The notes: generated by a model not told the origin, from the letters alone. Positions 10,259 to 19,442 are shown, counted from the first letter of the stretch. The stretch is 64,000 nt of DNA from an uncultured Planctomycetales bacterium (GCA_964427405.1 CAYRUB010000007.1:25364-89363); one strand, 5' to 3'. A program made the numbers and translations.

Positions 10259-11229
10259 TCAATGACACAGGCACCCCAGACTAAGCCCGCCCCAAATGCA
10301 TCCAGAAGAATAATGTCCCCTTTTTTAACTTTGCCTTCTTGTACCGCTTCACAAAGCGCGGTAACTGTGGAAGCGCTGGACATATTCCCGCATCTTTCTA
10401 TGTTCAGATAAACCCGGTCTTCAGGAATACCCAATTTCTTGGCAACAGCCATAATGATACGCGCGTTTGCCTGATGCGGAATAATCATATCCACATCAGC
10501 GAAAGTCATACCTGCCTGCTGCAAAACAGTTTCCGCGGCTTTAGTCATAGTATTAACCGCGATCTTAAATAATTCATTACCCTGCATTTTTATAAAATGC
10601 TGGCGGTTCCTTACTGTTTCGGTAGTTGCCGGGTTCGCCGAGCCTCCGGCAGGTATATTTAATAAACCCAATTTTGAACCATCGCAACCCAGATAGGTAG
10701 AAATGATACCCCTGTTTTTTACTTCTGACAAAACCACTGCTCCGGCGCCGTCTCCAAACAAAACACAGGTATTGCGATCCTGCCAATCGGTAACAGAGGT
10801 CAAAACTTCAACACCGATAACAAGCGCGTTTTTATAGGTAGACGAGGCTATAAACTGCTGGGCTACGGAAAGCCCATAAACAAAACCCGCGCAGGCAGCG
10901 GAAATATCAAAACTAGCGGCTTTCTTTGCGCCGAGCTTATTTTGCAGGATAGAGGCTACTGAAGGACAAGGCATATCGCCGGTAATTGTCGCCACAACTA
11001 TAAGGTCTAAATCTCCGGGGGAAAGTTTGGCGTTTTTTAACGCCACTTCAGCGGCCTTAAAAGCTAAATCTGACGCAGCCTCACCCTTTGCTGCCTGATG
11101 CCTTTCCTTTATACCGGTGCGGGTAGTAATCCACTCATCGGAGGTATCAACCATTTTTTCAAGGTCGGCGTTAGTTAATATTTTCTCAGGCAGGTATTCA
11201 CCTACCCCGATAATGCCTACTTTTTTCAA
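10252..11229 (-). CDS. fabH: 3-oxoacyl-ACP synthase III
   Basis: 325 aa. FabH N-terminus and an active-site Cys (AACAGFVYG). Confidence 0.92.
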   Translation of the reverse strand: MKKVGIIGVGEYLPEKILTNADLEKMVDTSDEWITTRTGIKERHQAAKGEAASDLAFKAAEVALKNAKLSPGDLDLIVVATITGDMPCPSVASILQNKLGAKKAASFDISAACAGFVYGLSVAQQFIASSTYKNALVIGVEVLTSVTDWQDRNTCVLFGDGAGAVVLSEVKNRGIISTYLGCDGSKLGLLNIPAGGSANPATTETVRNRQHFIKMQGNELFKIAVNTMTKAAETVLQQAGMTFADVDMIIPHQANARIIMAVAKKLGIPEDRVYLNIERCGNMSSASTVTALCEAVQEGKVKKGDIILLDAFGAGLVWGACVIEW

Positions 11230-11240
11230 ATCAAATCCCT

Positions 11241-12224
11241 TTATTTAAGTGCCTCAAGAATCTTGGTATTAACCTGCCGCTCAACTTCTTCTTTAGCTAC
11301 GCGAATAGCATTTTTAATCGCCCTTATACTAGAACGGCCATGTCCGATAATCACCACGCCATTAACCCCTAATAAAAGCGCTCCGCCATACTCAGCGTAA
11401 TCAATATCTTTTTTAAAATGCTTAAGGCTGGGCATCATAAAGATCAAGCCGATCTTACCCCAAATATTGCCTAAAAGATGCCGCTTCAGGAATGTCTGCA
11501 TTGCTTCCGCGGCGCTCTCCGCAACCTTTAAAGCGACATTACCCACAAAACCATCACAGATAATAACATCGCACTTTCCGCTAAAAAGATCTTTACCTTC
11601 TACGTTTCCGATAAAATTAAGCCTGCTCTTTCCCAAAAGTTCATAAGCTTCACGAATAAACTCCGTGCCTTTTTTCTCTTCTTCACCTATATTAAGTAAC
11701 CCTACGGTAGGGTTGGATTTATTTAAAATATTCTTACAGTAGGCATCAGCCATAATCCCGTATTGCAATAATTGAGAAGGCTTAGGGTCAATATTGGCGC
11801 CAACATCAATAATCAGGGAATTTCCTTTTAAGGTGGGAGCAACAACAGCGATACCTGCCCGTTCAATTCCCGGCAGGAGCCTTAATTCTAAAGTCGCCGC
11901 ACAAACCGCTGCTCCGGTATTGCCGGCGCTGAAAAAAGCATCAGCCTTGCCTTCTTTAACCATATTCAGGCCGACCACAATCGAAGAGCCTCTCTTACGA
12001 CGGACACTATTTGCCGCAGGTTCACACATCTCGATAGTTTCCGTAGCATGTTGTATACTGATCCGGTTACCGGTATATTTGGCTTTCTTTAAAAGAGCTT
12101 CGATTTTGGGTTGATCCCCCACCAAAATAATCTCAACTTCATACTCTTTTAACGCAGCCAAGCTGCCGCTAACCACTACATCAGGGGCATGGTCGCCGCC
12201 CATAGCATCAACAACTATCTTCAT
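11241..12224 (-). CDS. plsX: Phosphate acyltransferase PlsX
   Basis: 327 aa with the signature N-terminus MKIVVDAMGGDHAP. Confidence 0.92.
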   Translation of the reverse strand: MKIVVDAMGGDHAPDVVVSGSLAALKEYEVEIILVGDQPKIEALLKKAKYTGNRISIQHATETIEMCEPAANSVRRKRGSSIVVGLNMVKEGKADAFFSAGNTGAAVCAATLELRLLPGIERAGIAVVAPTLKGNSLIIDVGANIDPKPSQLLQYGIMADAYCKNILNKSNPTVGLLNIGEEEKKGTEFIREAYELLGKSRLNFIGNVEGKDLFSGKCDVIICDGFVGNVALKVAESAAEAMQTFLKRHLLGNIWGKIGLIFMMPSLKHFKKDIDYAEYGGALLLGVNGVVIIGHGRSSIRAIKNAIRVAKEEVERQVNTKILEALK

Positions 12225-12300
12225 TCTTTTCTCCTAAATATTACTTCCTTCCCCCTTCGCAAGCTCCGGGGGATTTCGCTAAATAAAATCTATAAGGTGC

Positions 12301-12501
12301 TTACTTTTTCTTCTTTTTTTCCTTAACTTTTATTTCCACAACCTGACGGCCATCATAAAAACCGCAGACCAGGCAAACGCGATGGGTAAGTTTTAGCTGT
12401 TTGCATTGCGGACAAGGAACTAAAGTAGTTTTCTGAATCTTCCAGTGCGTACGACGTTTTCGGCCGCGTTGTGCTGAATGTTTTCTCTTAGGTAGAGCCA
12501 C
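12301..12501 (-). CDS. rpmF: 50S ribosomal protein L32, with an unusual poly-lysine C-terminal tail
   Basis: 66 aa. MALPKRKHSAQRGRKRRTHWK N-terminus and a CPQC...CLVC zinc ribbon. It ends in VKEKKKKK. Confidence 0.9.
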   Translation of the reverse strand: MALPKRKHSAQRGRKRRTHWKIQKTTLVPCPQCKQLKLTHRVCLVCGFYDGRQVVEIKVKEKKKKK

Positions 12502-12901
12502 AGTTACATCCTCCTTCGTTTTTGTTTTTACCGCATTTTGCGCAAAGTCCCTTGCAGTTTAAACTACACAGGGGCTTCATAGGGTAATCTAATATTATTT
12601 CTTCTCTTATCTCAGGGCCTAAATCAATAAAGCTGGCGCTGCTATCAATTGGGTAACTTAGCTGCACATCTTTATTAAACTGCCACTCAAATTCCTCAAG
12701 GCAGCGGGAACAAGCTGCAGAAAGAATCGAGCGCATATTCAAATCTACGATCAACCCGCTAATCACACGAGAAACATGCGCCTTAATTTTCAAATTGGAA
12801 CGGAATTTTATCAGCTCGGTCTCAAGCTCAAGTTCTGCCGGTTTAATCTCTTCTTCTAATAACAGGCCCTCTGCAGGAACCTGATTAATTATTATCTTCA
12901 C
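12488..12901 (-). CDS. yceD: DUF177/YceD family protein (23S rRNA accumulation protein)
   Basis: CSRC...CKGLCAKCG Cys motifs and the conserved position upstream of rpmF. The track ORF (12488..12979) overlaps coaD by 82 nt. A GTG at 12899-12901 gives a canonical VKIIINQ.. start that abuts the coaD stop. Confidence 0.7.
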   Translation of the reverse strand: MKIIINQVPAEGLLLEEEIKPAELELETELIKFRSNLKIKAHVSRVISGLIVDLNMRSILSAACSRCLEEFEWQFNKDVQLSYPIDSSASFIDLGPEIREEIILDYPMKPLCSLNCKGLCAKCGKNKNEGGCNCGST

Positions 12902-13386
12902 TTTTTCCGGCGCAATTTTTTCTGCAAGGCCTTGGCCACAAAATCCGGCACAAAACTTGAAAGATCCGCTCCCAAACAAGCACCTTCTTTAATCAGTCTT
13001 GCCGATAAATAGCTATAAGATTCATGCGGCATAAGGAAAATTGTTTCGATATCACTGGCGAGCTTACGATTAGTTAAGGCCATCTGAAACTCATATTCAA
13101 AATCTGAAAGCATACGCACTCCGCGCACCAAGACCTTGGCTTTCATTTTATGGGCAAAATCTACTAGCAGGCCGTCAAAATGCGTAACACTTACCCCATC
13201 CATACCGACAGTAGCTTGTTTAAGCATATCCATTCTCTCGGCAACGCTAAAAACCGGTTTCTTATGCGGATTATGCGCCACCGCCACGATGACATCATGA
13301 AAGATCTCATGCGCACGAGAGATCAAATCAATATGCCCGTTAGTTACAGGGTCAAATGTTCCTGGATATAAAGCCACCTGGCACAT
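12898..13386 (-). CDS. coaD: Phosphopantetheine adenylyltransferase
   Basis: 162 aa with the nucleotidyltransferase motif YPGTFDPVTNGHIDLI. Confidence 0.92.
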   Translation of the reverse strand: MCQVALYPGTFDPVTNGHIDLISRAHEIFHDVIVAVAHNPHKKPVFSVAERMDMLKQATVGMDGVSVTHFDGLLVDFAHKMKAKVLVRGVRMLSDFEYEFQMALTNRKLASDIETIFLMPHESYSYLSARLIKEGACLGADLSSFVPDFVAKALQKKLRRKK

Positions 13387-13388
13387 AG

Positions 13389-13931
13389 TTATTCTTTCTT
13401 CCTGAAAATAGAAAGCCGGGTATCTCCGTACTTGGCTTCTTTAATTAAGCTAAAATTTGGGCTGGATTCAGGCAGCAATTCTGTCTTGGGATGCTGCGCG
13501 ATTATCAAACCATTGGGCGCTAATATATCATAACCCTCCAGGGTATGCAAGATTTTTTTTGCCATCCCCTCATGATACGGGGGATCAAGAAATATGATAT
13601 CAAAACTCTTTTTATCCCGAGCCAGGAGTTTGATTGCTTTCTCCGCGTCCAGATAATACAGGTTGCAGGCAGGAGCCTTGAGCAGGACGATGTTCTTTTT
13701 TATTGTCAATACGGAGTTATGATTACACTCAACCATAGTCAGCTCAATTACCCCGCGGGAAAGCGCCTCAAACCCCACTGCCCCGGAACCGGCATAAAGT
13801 TCTAAGAATGAGAGCCCCTCCACATCACCTAATATATCAAAAATTGCCTTACGCACCTTATCCTGGGTAGGACGGATCCCCCTGGGCATAAATAATTTTC
13901 GATTATGATATTTTCCTGTAGTTATACGCAT
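13389..13931 (-). CDS. rsmD: 16S rRNA (guanine966-N2)-methyltransferase
   Basis: 180 aa with a DPPY motif (FLDPPY) and an RsmD-like N-terminus. Confidence 0.85.
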   Translation of the reverse strand: MRITTGKYHNRKLFMPRGIRPTQDKVRKAIFDILGDVEGLSFLELYAGSGAVGFEALSRGVIELTMVECNHNSVLTIKKNIVLLKAPACNLYYLDAEKAIKLLARDKKSFDIIFLDPPYHEGMAKKILHTLEGYDILAPNGLIIAQHPKTELLPESSPNFSLIKEAKYGDTRLSIFRKKE

Positions 13932-13932
13932 A

Positions 13933-16008
13933 TTAACCCACTAAGATTAATTTCTCATACTCCGGGAATCTCTGCAAAAGTTTTTCTTTTAATAGCTGGT
14001 GCGGCCGCTCTTCTAAACGGGGATCCTGGCTAAGCAGTTTTATCGCTTCATCCCGGGCTGCCTTAAGCAGCTGCATCTGGGTGAGCGGATTGGCAAGCTT
14101 TAGCTCTGCTAAGCCATGCTGCCGGTTTCCGAAAAACTCCCCCGGCCCCCTGATTTTTAAATCTTCCTCCGAAATACGAAAACCATCGCTTGAAGAAACC
14201 ATCGCCTGCAATCTCGCCTTTGACTCATCGGTCTGTGCGTCAGATATAAGAATACAAAATGACTGCAGGTTTCCCCTGCCGATTCTTCCGCGCAGCTGAT
14301 GCAACTGGCTTAAACCAAAACGTTCAGCATGAGCAACAATCATACAAGTTGCGTTAGGAATGTCAATACCTACTTCCAAAATAGTAGTCGAGACCAAAAG
14401 ATCCAACTCTTTGTTCCTGAATTTAAGCATTGCCTCTTGCTGTTCTTTTGTCTTAAGCTTTCCATGAACCAGCCCAAGCCGAAAATCTTTAAACTCACCT
14501 TCTTTTAATTCCGCAAACATCTTTTTCGCCCCGGCGATATCCAAAGCGTAGGACTCCTCAATCACCGGATAAATTATATAAGCCTGACGGCCATAACTTA
14601 ACTCTTCTTTTACAATCGCAAAACCCTTTTCCCTGTTCTTTTGGCTAAAATGCATTGTCTTTACAGGAATACGCCCGGCAGGCAACTCATTAATTACCGA
14701 AATATCCAGGTCGCCATAAAGTGTAATCGCCAGGGTGCGCGGGATTGGGGTAGCAGTCATAATTAATACATCAGGGTTATTGCCTTTCTTGGGCAAAAGC
14801 GCTCGTTGTCCCACGCCGAATTTATGCTGCTCGTCAATGACGATAAAACTCAAGGCCTTAAATCTTAACTCTTCCTGCAAAAGGGCGTGTGTGCCGATAA
14901 CCAAATCAATCTTCCCCTCTTTAATCTCCCGGTATATTTTATCCTTTTCTTTATCCTGGCCGGTTAATAAACCCACGCGTATTTTACGCCCCGCAAAAAC
15001 TAACCCCGCCAACTGAGAGGTTATTTTTACATAGTGCTGGCGGGCAAGTATCTCTGTCGGCGCCATAAAAGCCGCCTGATACCCGCTTTGGATAGCGATC
15101 AAACAAGCCAAAGTAGCTACCACGGTTTTACCTGAACCCACATCACCCTGCAGGAGCCGCTGCATGGCTTGACCGGAAGCCATATCCGCTTTTATCTCAT
15201 CCAGGACCTTCTGCTGCGCGGAGGTTAATTTAAAAGGTAATTGGAAAATAAAATCCTCGATTAGATTAGCGTTAACAATATGCTTTATTCCTTTATTTTC
15301 TTTATGCCTTAGCTTTCTTAAGACAAGCGGCAGCTGAAAGATAAAAAACTCCTCAAAACTTAAACGCATCAGCGCCTGTTTTTGCAGTTCCAGGTCTTGC
15401 GGAAAATGAATGTTTAACAAACTCTGCGCTAAATTAAGCAGGTTGTTGCGGCTGCGTAAATCAAAGGGCAGATAATCTTTAATTTTAGGTAAAAATTCAT
15501 CCATGGCACCTTTGATCAGATGACGCATGCTGCGCTGGCTAAATCCTTGAGGCAAGGTATAAATCGGGACAATCCGGCCGATGTTTAATGAATCATCATC
15601 CCCATCAATAAATTCAAATTCCGGGTTATTCATCTGCATCCTGCCGTTGTAAATCTCCACCTTACCGAAAAGGATCAAAGAAGTTCCGGTCTTAAGGTAC
15701 TCTTTTAAGTACGGCTGATTAAACCAAACACAGTTAATTTTACCTGTTTTATCCGCCAGCACCGCCTCGGTTATGCTAAACGCGCGCCTGCGCCAGGAGT
15801 TGCGCTGGCCCCCGGTTAAAACCTGAGTTTTTATGGTATAAACCTCTCCCTCCTTAAGCTCGGAAATATTGGAGAAATTCGTGCGGTCTTCATAACGGCG
15901 GGGAAAATAATAAAGCAACTCTTCAATGGTATCTACGCCCCTGTCAGAAAAACTTTTTTTCCGCTTTGGCCCGATTCCTTTAAGATATTGAATGGATGTA
16001 CCTTGCAT
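13933..16008 (-). CDS. recG: ATP-dependent DNA helicase RecG
   Basis: 691 aa. Wedge domain, helicase motifs (GDVGSGKT, DEQH) and a RecG C-terminus. Confidence 0.92.
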   Translation of the reverse strand: MQGTSIQYLKGIGPKRKKSFSDRGVDTIEELLYYFPRRYEDRTNFSNISELKEGEVYTIKTQVLTGGQRNSWRRRAFSITEAVLADKTGKINCVWFNQPYLKEYLKTGTSLILFGKVEIYNGRMQMNNPEFEFIDGDDDSLNIGRIVPIYTLPQGFSQRSMRHLIKGAMDEFLPKIKDYLPFDLRSRNNLLNLAQSLLNIHFPQDLELQKQALMRLSFEEFFIFQLPLVLRKLRHKENKGIKHIVNANLIEDFIFQLPFKLTSAQQKVLDEIKADMASGQAMQRLLQGDVGSGKTVVATLACLIAIQSGYQAAFMAPTEILARQHYVKITSQLAGLVFAGRKIRVGLLTGQDKEKDKIYREIKEGKIDLVIGTHALLQEELRFKALSFIVIDEQHKFGVGQRALLPKKGNNPDVLIMTATPIPRTLAITLYGDLDISVINELPAGRIPVKTMHFSQKNREKGFAIVKEELSYGRQAYIIYPVIEESYALDIAGAKKMFAELKEGEFKDFRLGLVHGKLKTKEQQEAMLKFRNKELDLLVSTTILEVGIDIPNATCMIVAHAERFGLSQLHQLRGRIGRGNLQSFCILISDAQTDESKARLQAMVSSSDGFRISEEDLKIRGPGEFFGNRQHGLAELKLANPLTQMQLLKAARDEAIKLLSQDPRLEERPHQLLKEKLLQRFPEYEKLILVG

Positions 16009-16178
16009 AGGTTTATTATACTATAAAAAACCAAAAACCCGCTCCAAAAATATTTTTTAGGGGTACTTGATAATTGTCTATTTATGTGGCATACTTACTA
16101 TGTATTAGGAAACAGAACATGCAACAAGGAGGATAGTAACGATAGCGAAAGCTATTAGGCCTATCACCTACAAAGAAA

Positions 16179-16207
16179 CCCCGGGAAAAGACGGGGCTTT
16201 TTTGTTA
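16179..16207. terminator. GC hairpin with flanking T/A runs; possible bidirectional terminator
   Basis: ccccgggaaaagacggggc followed by tttttt on the plus strand, with an A-run upstream. Confidence 0.4.
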
Positions 16208-16235
16208 ATCAAAGCACAATTTAATCCTTAAGATA

Positions 16236-16266
16236 AATCAGCCCTGACAAAACGTCAGGGCTGATT
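16236..16266. repeat. Copy 1 of a conserved palindromic hairpin element (aatcagccctg..cagggctgatt)
   Basis: An 11-bp perfect stem with an 8-nt loop. A near-identical copy lies at 18641-18670. Both sit 3' of minus-strand envelope genes. Confidence 0.7.
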
Positions 16267-16280
16267 TTAAACAAGTGTAT

Positions 16281-16330
16281 TTGTTATGTAACAATATTAT
16301 TTACAGCAAGTTGCATAAACTGTCTACTAG
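16281..16330. repeat. Copy 1 of a ~50-bp dispersed intergenic repeat (gttaygyaayaatat...actgtctac)
   Basis: About 76% identical to 19563-19612. Both copies begin within about 3 nt of the stop codon of a minus-strand gene. Confidence 0.65.
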
Positions 16331-16331
16331 T

Positions 16332-17000
16332 CTAGTTTTTAACCTTGCTTATTTTAGAAGGCAATATAACAATTTCTACTCTTCTGTTTTTCTGTTTATC
16401 CTGCGCTGAATCGTTGGGCGCTACCGGTCGGAATTCACCGTAACCATTAGCAGATAACCGCTGCGGTTTCACCTTGCACTCATCAACGAAATAATGTAAA
16501 ACTGCCAAAGCCCTGGCTGAAGATAGCTCCCAGTTGGTTTTCCAACCGGAATGCTTTATTGGATCATTGTCAGTATAACCTTCAATTGCTACTTCGGAAC
16601 TCGGAACATCTCTATTTAAAACTTCACTTACCTTCAAAAGTGCGGACTTCCCATCCTGTTTCACTTTATCCTTCCCCGAATCAAAGAAAACCTCTGATAC
16701 AAAAGTTATAACCAGACCACGCTCAGTCATCTTTAGTTTTGCTTTATATTCTCCAATTTCTTTTTTCAGAGACGCTTCAAGCTCAAGCTTTGCCCTTTCA
16801 AGCTCGGAAAGTTCTTTGTCTTTTTCTTCAGCCACACGCTCAACAGCTTTAACGTTTTCCTTTTGCAATTGAGATATTTTATATTTTAGATTGGCATTTT
16901 CGGCTTCCAGCTCATCTGTCCTGCGGGATTTCTGAATGTAAGTACAACCCGATAGAAAAAAAATACCGGATAAAACAAGGAACAATAATTTGCTTTTCAC
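16332..17000 (-). CDS. OmpA-family lipoprotein with an N-terminal coiled coil (MotB/Pal-like peptidoglycan-binding domain)
   Basis: LSGC lipobox. A coiled-coil region. The C-terminal OmpA domain ends in the NRRVEIVILP motif. Confidence 0.8.
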   Translation of the reverse strand: MKSKLLFLVLSGIFFLSGCTYIQKSRRTDELEAENANLKYKISQLQKENVKAVERVAEEKDKELSELERAKLELEASLKKEIGEYKAKLKMTERGLVITFVSEVFFDSGKDKVKQDGKSALLKVSEVLNRDVPSSEVAIEGYTDNDPIKHSGWKTNWELSSARALAVLHYFVDECKVKPQRLSANGYGEFRPVAPNDSAQDKQKNRRVEIVILPSKISKVKN

Positions 17001-17228
17001 TGTATCCCTCCTTATGCTTTTTAATATAATTTATTACTGCGTTACGCGCGCTCAGCCTGCTAAACCGAAGAACTAGCCTATAGAAGGAGATAAAAATGAG
17101 CATCCCTGTAATAAAATTATAGCTAATAATATGATTAACGAATATAAACTTTTTCTCATCTCGCCCCTCCCTAGGTTCGTGATAAAATAATACTATTGAA
17201 TTTATTATAGGTACTGGCAGAATTAAAT

Positions 17229-17250
17229 CAATTGTACCTAGGTACAATTG
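17229..17250. promoter_or_regulatory. 22-bp perfect palindrome (candidate operator) in the divergent promoter region
   Basis: caattgtacctaggtacaattg is its own reverse complement. It lies about 72 bp upstream of the plus-strand lipid-kinase start. Confidence 0.4.
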
Positions 17251-17322
17251 CATGATTTTGCTATTTTCGCGTATAATAAATGAATAACTCAAGAGTAAGA
17301 TATTCGCAGAAGAGAAAAGGCT

Positions 17323-18237
17323 ATGGAAAAGAAAATAAAAAATATTCATATCATTATTAATCCCGCCGCAGGAAAGAGAGAATCCATCCTGCCTATTATC
17401 AATACCTCGATGAAAGAAGCCGGCATTAAGTGGGAGGCATTTATTACCCACCAGGCAGGCGATGCGATCAAATTTGCAAAGGCTTCCGTAAAAACTGGAG
17501 TAGATTGCCTCGCTGTTTACGGCGGAGACGGCACACTCACGGAAGCAATCACCGGCCTGATTGGATCAGAGATTCCCTTGTTAATTTTACCGGGAGGATC
17601 GGCTAATGCCATGGCCACCGAACTTGGCATACCCGCCGACCTTAAAGAAGCCTGCATGCTCCTGAACCAGGAACCACTAGAAACAAAAACCATTGATGTG
17701 GGGCAGTTCGATAAGCGCTATTTTATTGTAGGAATAAGCCTTGGCTTTGAAGCGGATATCGTCAGAGGAACGGATCGCCAGACCAAAAATAAGATTGGCA
17801 TCTTCGCCTATCTTTTTGGAGCGACCGCGGCATTAAAAATAACTAAAAAAACCGTTTACCATTTAAAAATCGATGGGCAAGAACATAAAGTTAAAGGTTT
17901 AATGTGTCTTATTGCTAATACAGGTAATCTCAGATTCAGTAACATATCTTTCGATAAACATATAGATGTCAGCGATGGATTCCTGGATGTTGTTGTCGTG
18001 CGGAAAGCGAATCTCAGCCTGTTGAAACTTATAGTTGTCACCCTGCTTAAACGTGAGCGTCCGGACAATCTGGAATTAGTAGAGCACTGGCAAAGTAAGG
18101 ATATCAGCGTCTTCTCAAGCCCCAAGCAAGCGGTTCAATGCGATGGTGAAATATTAGAAAAAATACCTCTTCATATCAAAGTCATTCCGGAGGCAATCAA
18201 GGTTTTGGTTCCTAAAAAAGATAAAATCATTGAATAA
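17323..18237 (+). CDS. Diacylglycerol-kinase catalytic-domain lipid kinase (YegS/BmrU family)
   Basis: 304 aa. IIINPAAGKRE and the AVYGGDGTLTEA DAGK_cat motifs. It is the only plus-strand gene in the window. Confidence 0.85.
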   Translation: MEKKIKNIHIIINPAAGKRESILPIINTSMKEAGIKWEAFITHQAGDAIKFAKASVKTGVDCLAVYGGDGTLTEAITGLIGSEIPLLILPGGSANAMATELGIPADLKEACMLLNQEPLETKTIDVGQFDKRYFIVGISLGFEADIVRGTDRQTKNKIGIFAYLFGATAALKITKKTVYHLKIDGQEHKVKGLMCLIANTGNLRFSNISFDKHIDVSDGFLDVVVVRKANLSLLKLIVVTLLKRERPDNLELVEHWQSKDISVFSSPKQAVQCDGEILEKIPLHIKVIPEAIKVLVPKKDKIIE

Positions 18238-18243
18238 ACGTCT

Positions 18244-18450
18244 CTACGCAACAATATCAATCTTCTGATCGCCAAACTCCACGCAATCTCCTGAGCGTAC
18301 CTTCCGGCGGATGCGTGATTCAACAGCTCCGTTGACTTTAACCAAACTCGCCTGTATCTGCTGCTTAGCTTCAGCGCCACTGGCAACAAGTTCAAGAACC
18401 TTTAAAACATTATCTAACTCAACAAACTCAGTCTTTAGTTTAAATTCCAT
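18244..18450 (-). CDS. ybcJ: S4-domain ribosome-associated RNA-binding protein (YbcJ family)
   Basis: 68 aa. GAEAKQQIQASLVKVNGAVESRIRRKVRSGDCVEF closely matches E. coli YbcJ (GAQAKIAIAEGQVKVDGAVETRKRCKIVAGQTVSF). Confidence 0.8.
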   Translation of the reverse strand: MEFKLKTEFVELDNVLKVLELVASGAEAKQQIQASLVKVNGAVESRIRRKVRSGDCVEFGDQKIDIVA

Positions 18451-18461
18451 GGAAAGCTAGC

Positions 18462-18530
18462 TTATTGCGCCTTTACTTTATTTAATTTAGGAGGCAAAAT
18501 CACAATTTCCACCCGTCTGTTTTTGCCCGC
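18462..18530 (-). pseudogene. Degraded copy of an OmpA-domain gene 3' end (22 codons)
   Basis: The minus strand encodes AGKNRRVEIVILPPKLNKVKAQ*, bounded upstream by an in-frame TGA. About 75% DNA identity to 16335-16400, which encodes QKNRRVEIVILPSKISKVKN*. Confidence 0.6.
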
Positions 18531-18640
18531 TCAAGTTCGGAAACCTTTTTATCTTTTCCCTCATTTTACAGCTGCAGTTTAAATAGCCGTACTTTATTAT
18601 AGCAAATTAATTGTTTTATAAAACAATTAATCAATTATAA

Positions 18641-18670
18641 AATCAGCCCTGGTAAACTCCAGGGCTGATT
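18641..18670. repeat. Copy 2 of the aatcagccctg..cagggctgatt hairpin element
   Basis: Same 11-bp stem as 16236-16266. It lies 3' of the lipoprotein gene. Confidence 0.7.
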
Positions 18671-18707
18671 ATCAGACATGCGTATCTGCTATATAATGAT
18701 ATAAGTT

Positions 18708-19382
18708 TTATTTCTCCCAGGAGAATACACAGCGAAAAGGAATATCCCCCATCAAATCATAAATCCATATACCGACGACTTTGGGGGCTTCCGCTGCAAC
18801 GGATGGCTTTATGACCTCTTCCTCCATCCCCGGAATAGCTACTTTTAAAGCAGCTATGCCAGTTGCTACTGAAGTTGCCGCTGAAGCGGTATCTTTCAGG
18901 GCTGTACCGACAGCCTGAATGATTTCTGTCGTCTTAGAATCGCCTTTCGTATTCAAACCAGTCAATTTCCAGCCATCTATAAGGGTTACGGCTGAATCAT
19001 AAGTACCTGTTCCCCTATTATAGTAAAGAGCATATTTCTGATCCGCATCAGGCAGATAGATTACCTGCATCGAGTAAGTATCTTTGTTTGAAACAGTATC
19101 ATTTTTAGACGAACTATCGCTGGAGGTAGTTTTTGGTTTACTGGAATCTTGTTTACTGGCAGCCTGGTCAGAAGCCTGGCTTGCCGTAGATCCGGACTTT
19201 TCAGCTGTTACACATACAAGATTCTTTGTTACCACTAAATAAGGATGCGGCAGGTAATAAGGTATCCCTTTACCAGGTGATTGAGTTTTAGCTTTATGGC
19301 TCAAAGGAATAGAATATGGAGTTGTAGCGCATCCACAAAGGAATAAAATCAAAAACACCGGCACTAACCTGTTTAATCTCAT
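18708..19382 (-). CDS. Hypothetical lipoprotein with a Ser/Thr-rich linker
   Basis: 224 aa. Signal peptide plus LCGC lipobox and a low-complexity S/T/K region. No recognisable domain. Confidence 0.6.
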   Translation of the reverse strand: MRLNRLVPVFLILFLCGCATTPYSIPLSHKAKTQSPGKGIPYYLPHPYLVVTKNLVCVTAEKSGSTASQASDQAASKQDSSKPKTTSSDSSSKNDTVSNKDTYSMQVIYLPDADQKYALYYNRGTGTYDSAVTLIDGWKLTGLNTKGDSKTTEIIQAVGTALKDTASAATSVATGIAALKVAIPGMEEEVIKPSVAAEAPKVVGIWIYDLMGDIPFRCVFSWEK

Positions 19383-19400
19383 TTCCTCCCCCTTTCGTTT

Positions 19401-19442
19401 AAAAAAAAGGCAATCCCCTATTTTCTAGAGAATTGCTTTTAG
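19401..19442. repeat. Copy 1 of a dispersed A-run/palindrome element (aaaaaaaagrcaaycccctatttt.agagrattgc)
   Basis: About 85% identical to 33737-33777 inside the island. On the minus strand it reads as a hairpin plus T8, i.e. terminator-like, directly upstream of the lipoprotein start. Confidence 0.6.

Noticed and set aside
16009-16331. tRNA or other RNA gene in the 320-bp recG upstream gap
   Set aside because: No cloverleaf-compatible segment or conserved T-loop/anticodon-arm pattern was found. The structure present is explained by two hairpins (terminator-type) and the dispersed repeat.
16912-17451. 179-aa minus-strand ORF spanning the divergent promoter region
   Set aside because: It overlaps the start of the well-supported lipid-kinase gene. 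It covers an AT-rich intergenic region containing the 22-bp palindrome. The sequence is low-complexity with no motifs.
18607-18630. 24-bp perfect AT-only palindrome ttaattgttttataaaacaattaa
   Set aside because: It is composed solely of A/T in an AT-rich spacer, so such palindromes arise easily by chance. It is not reported as a feature, though it could be a regulator site.
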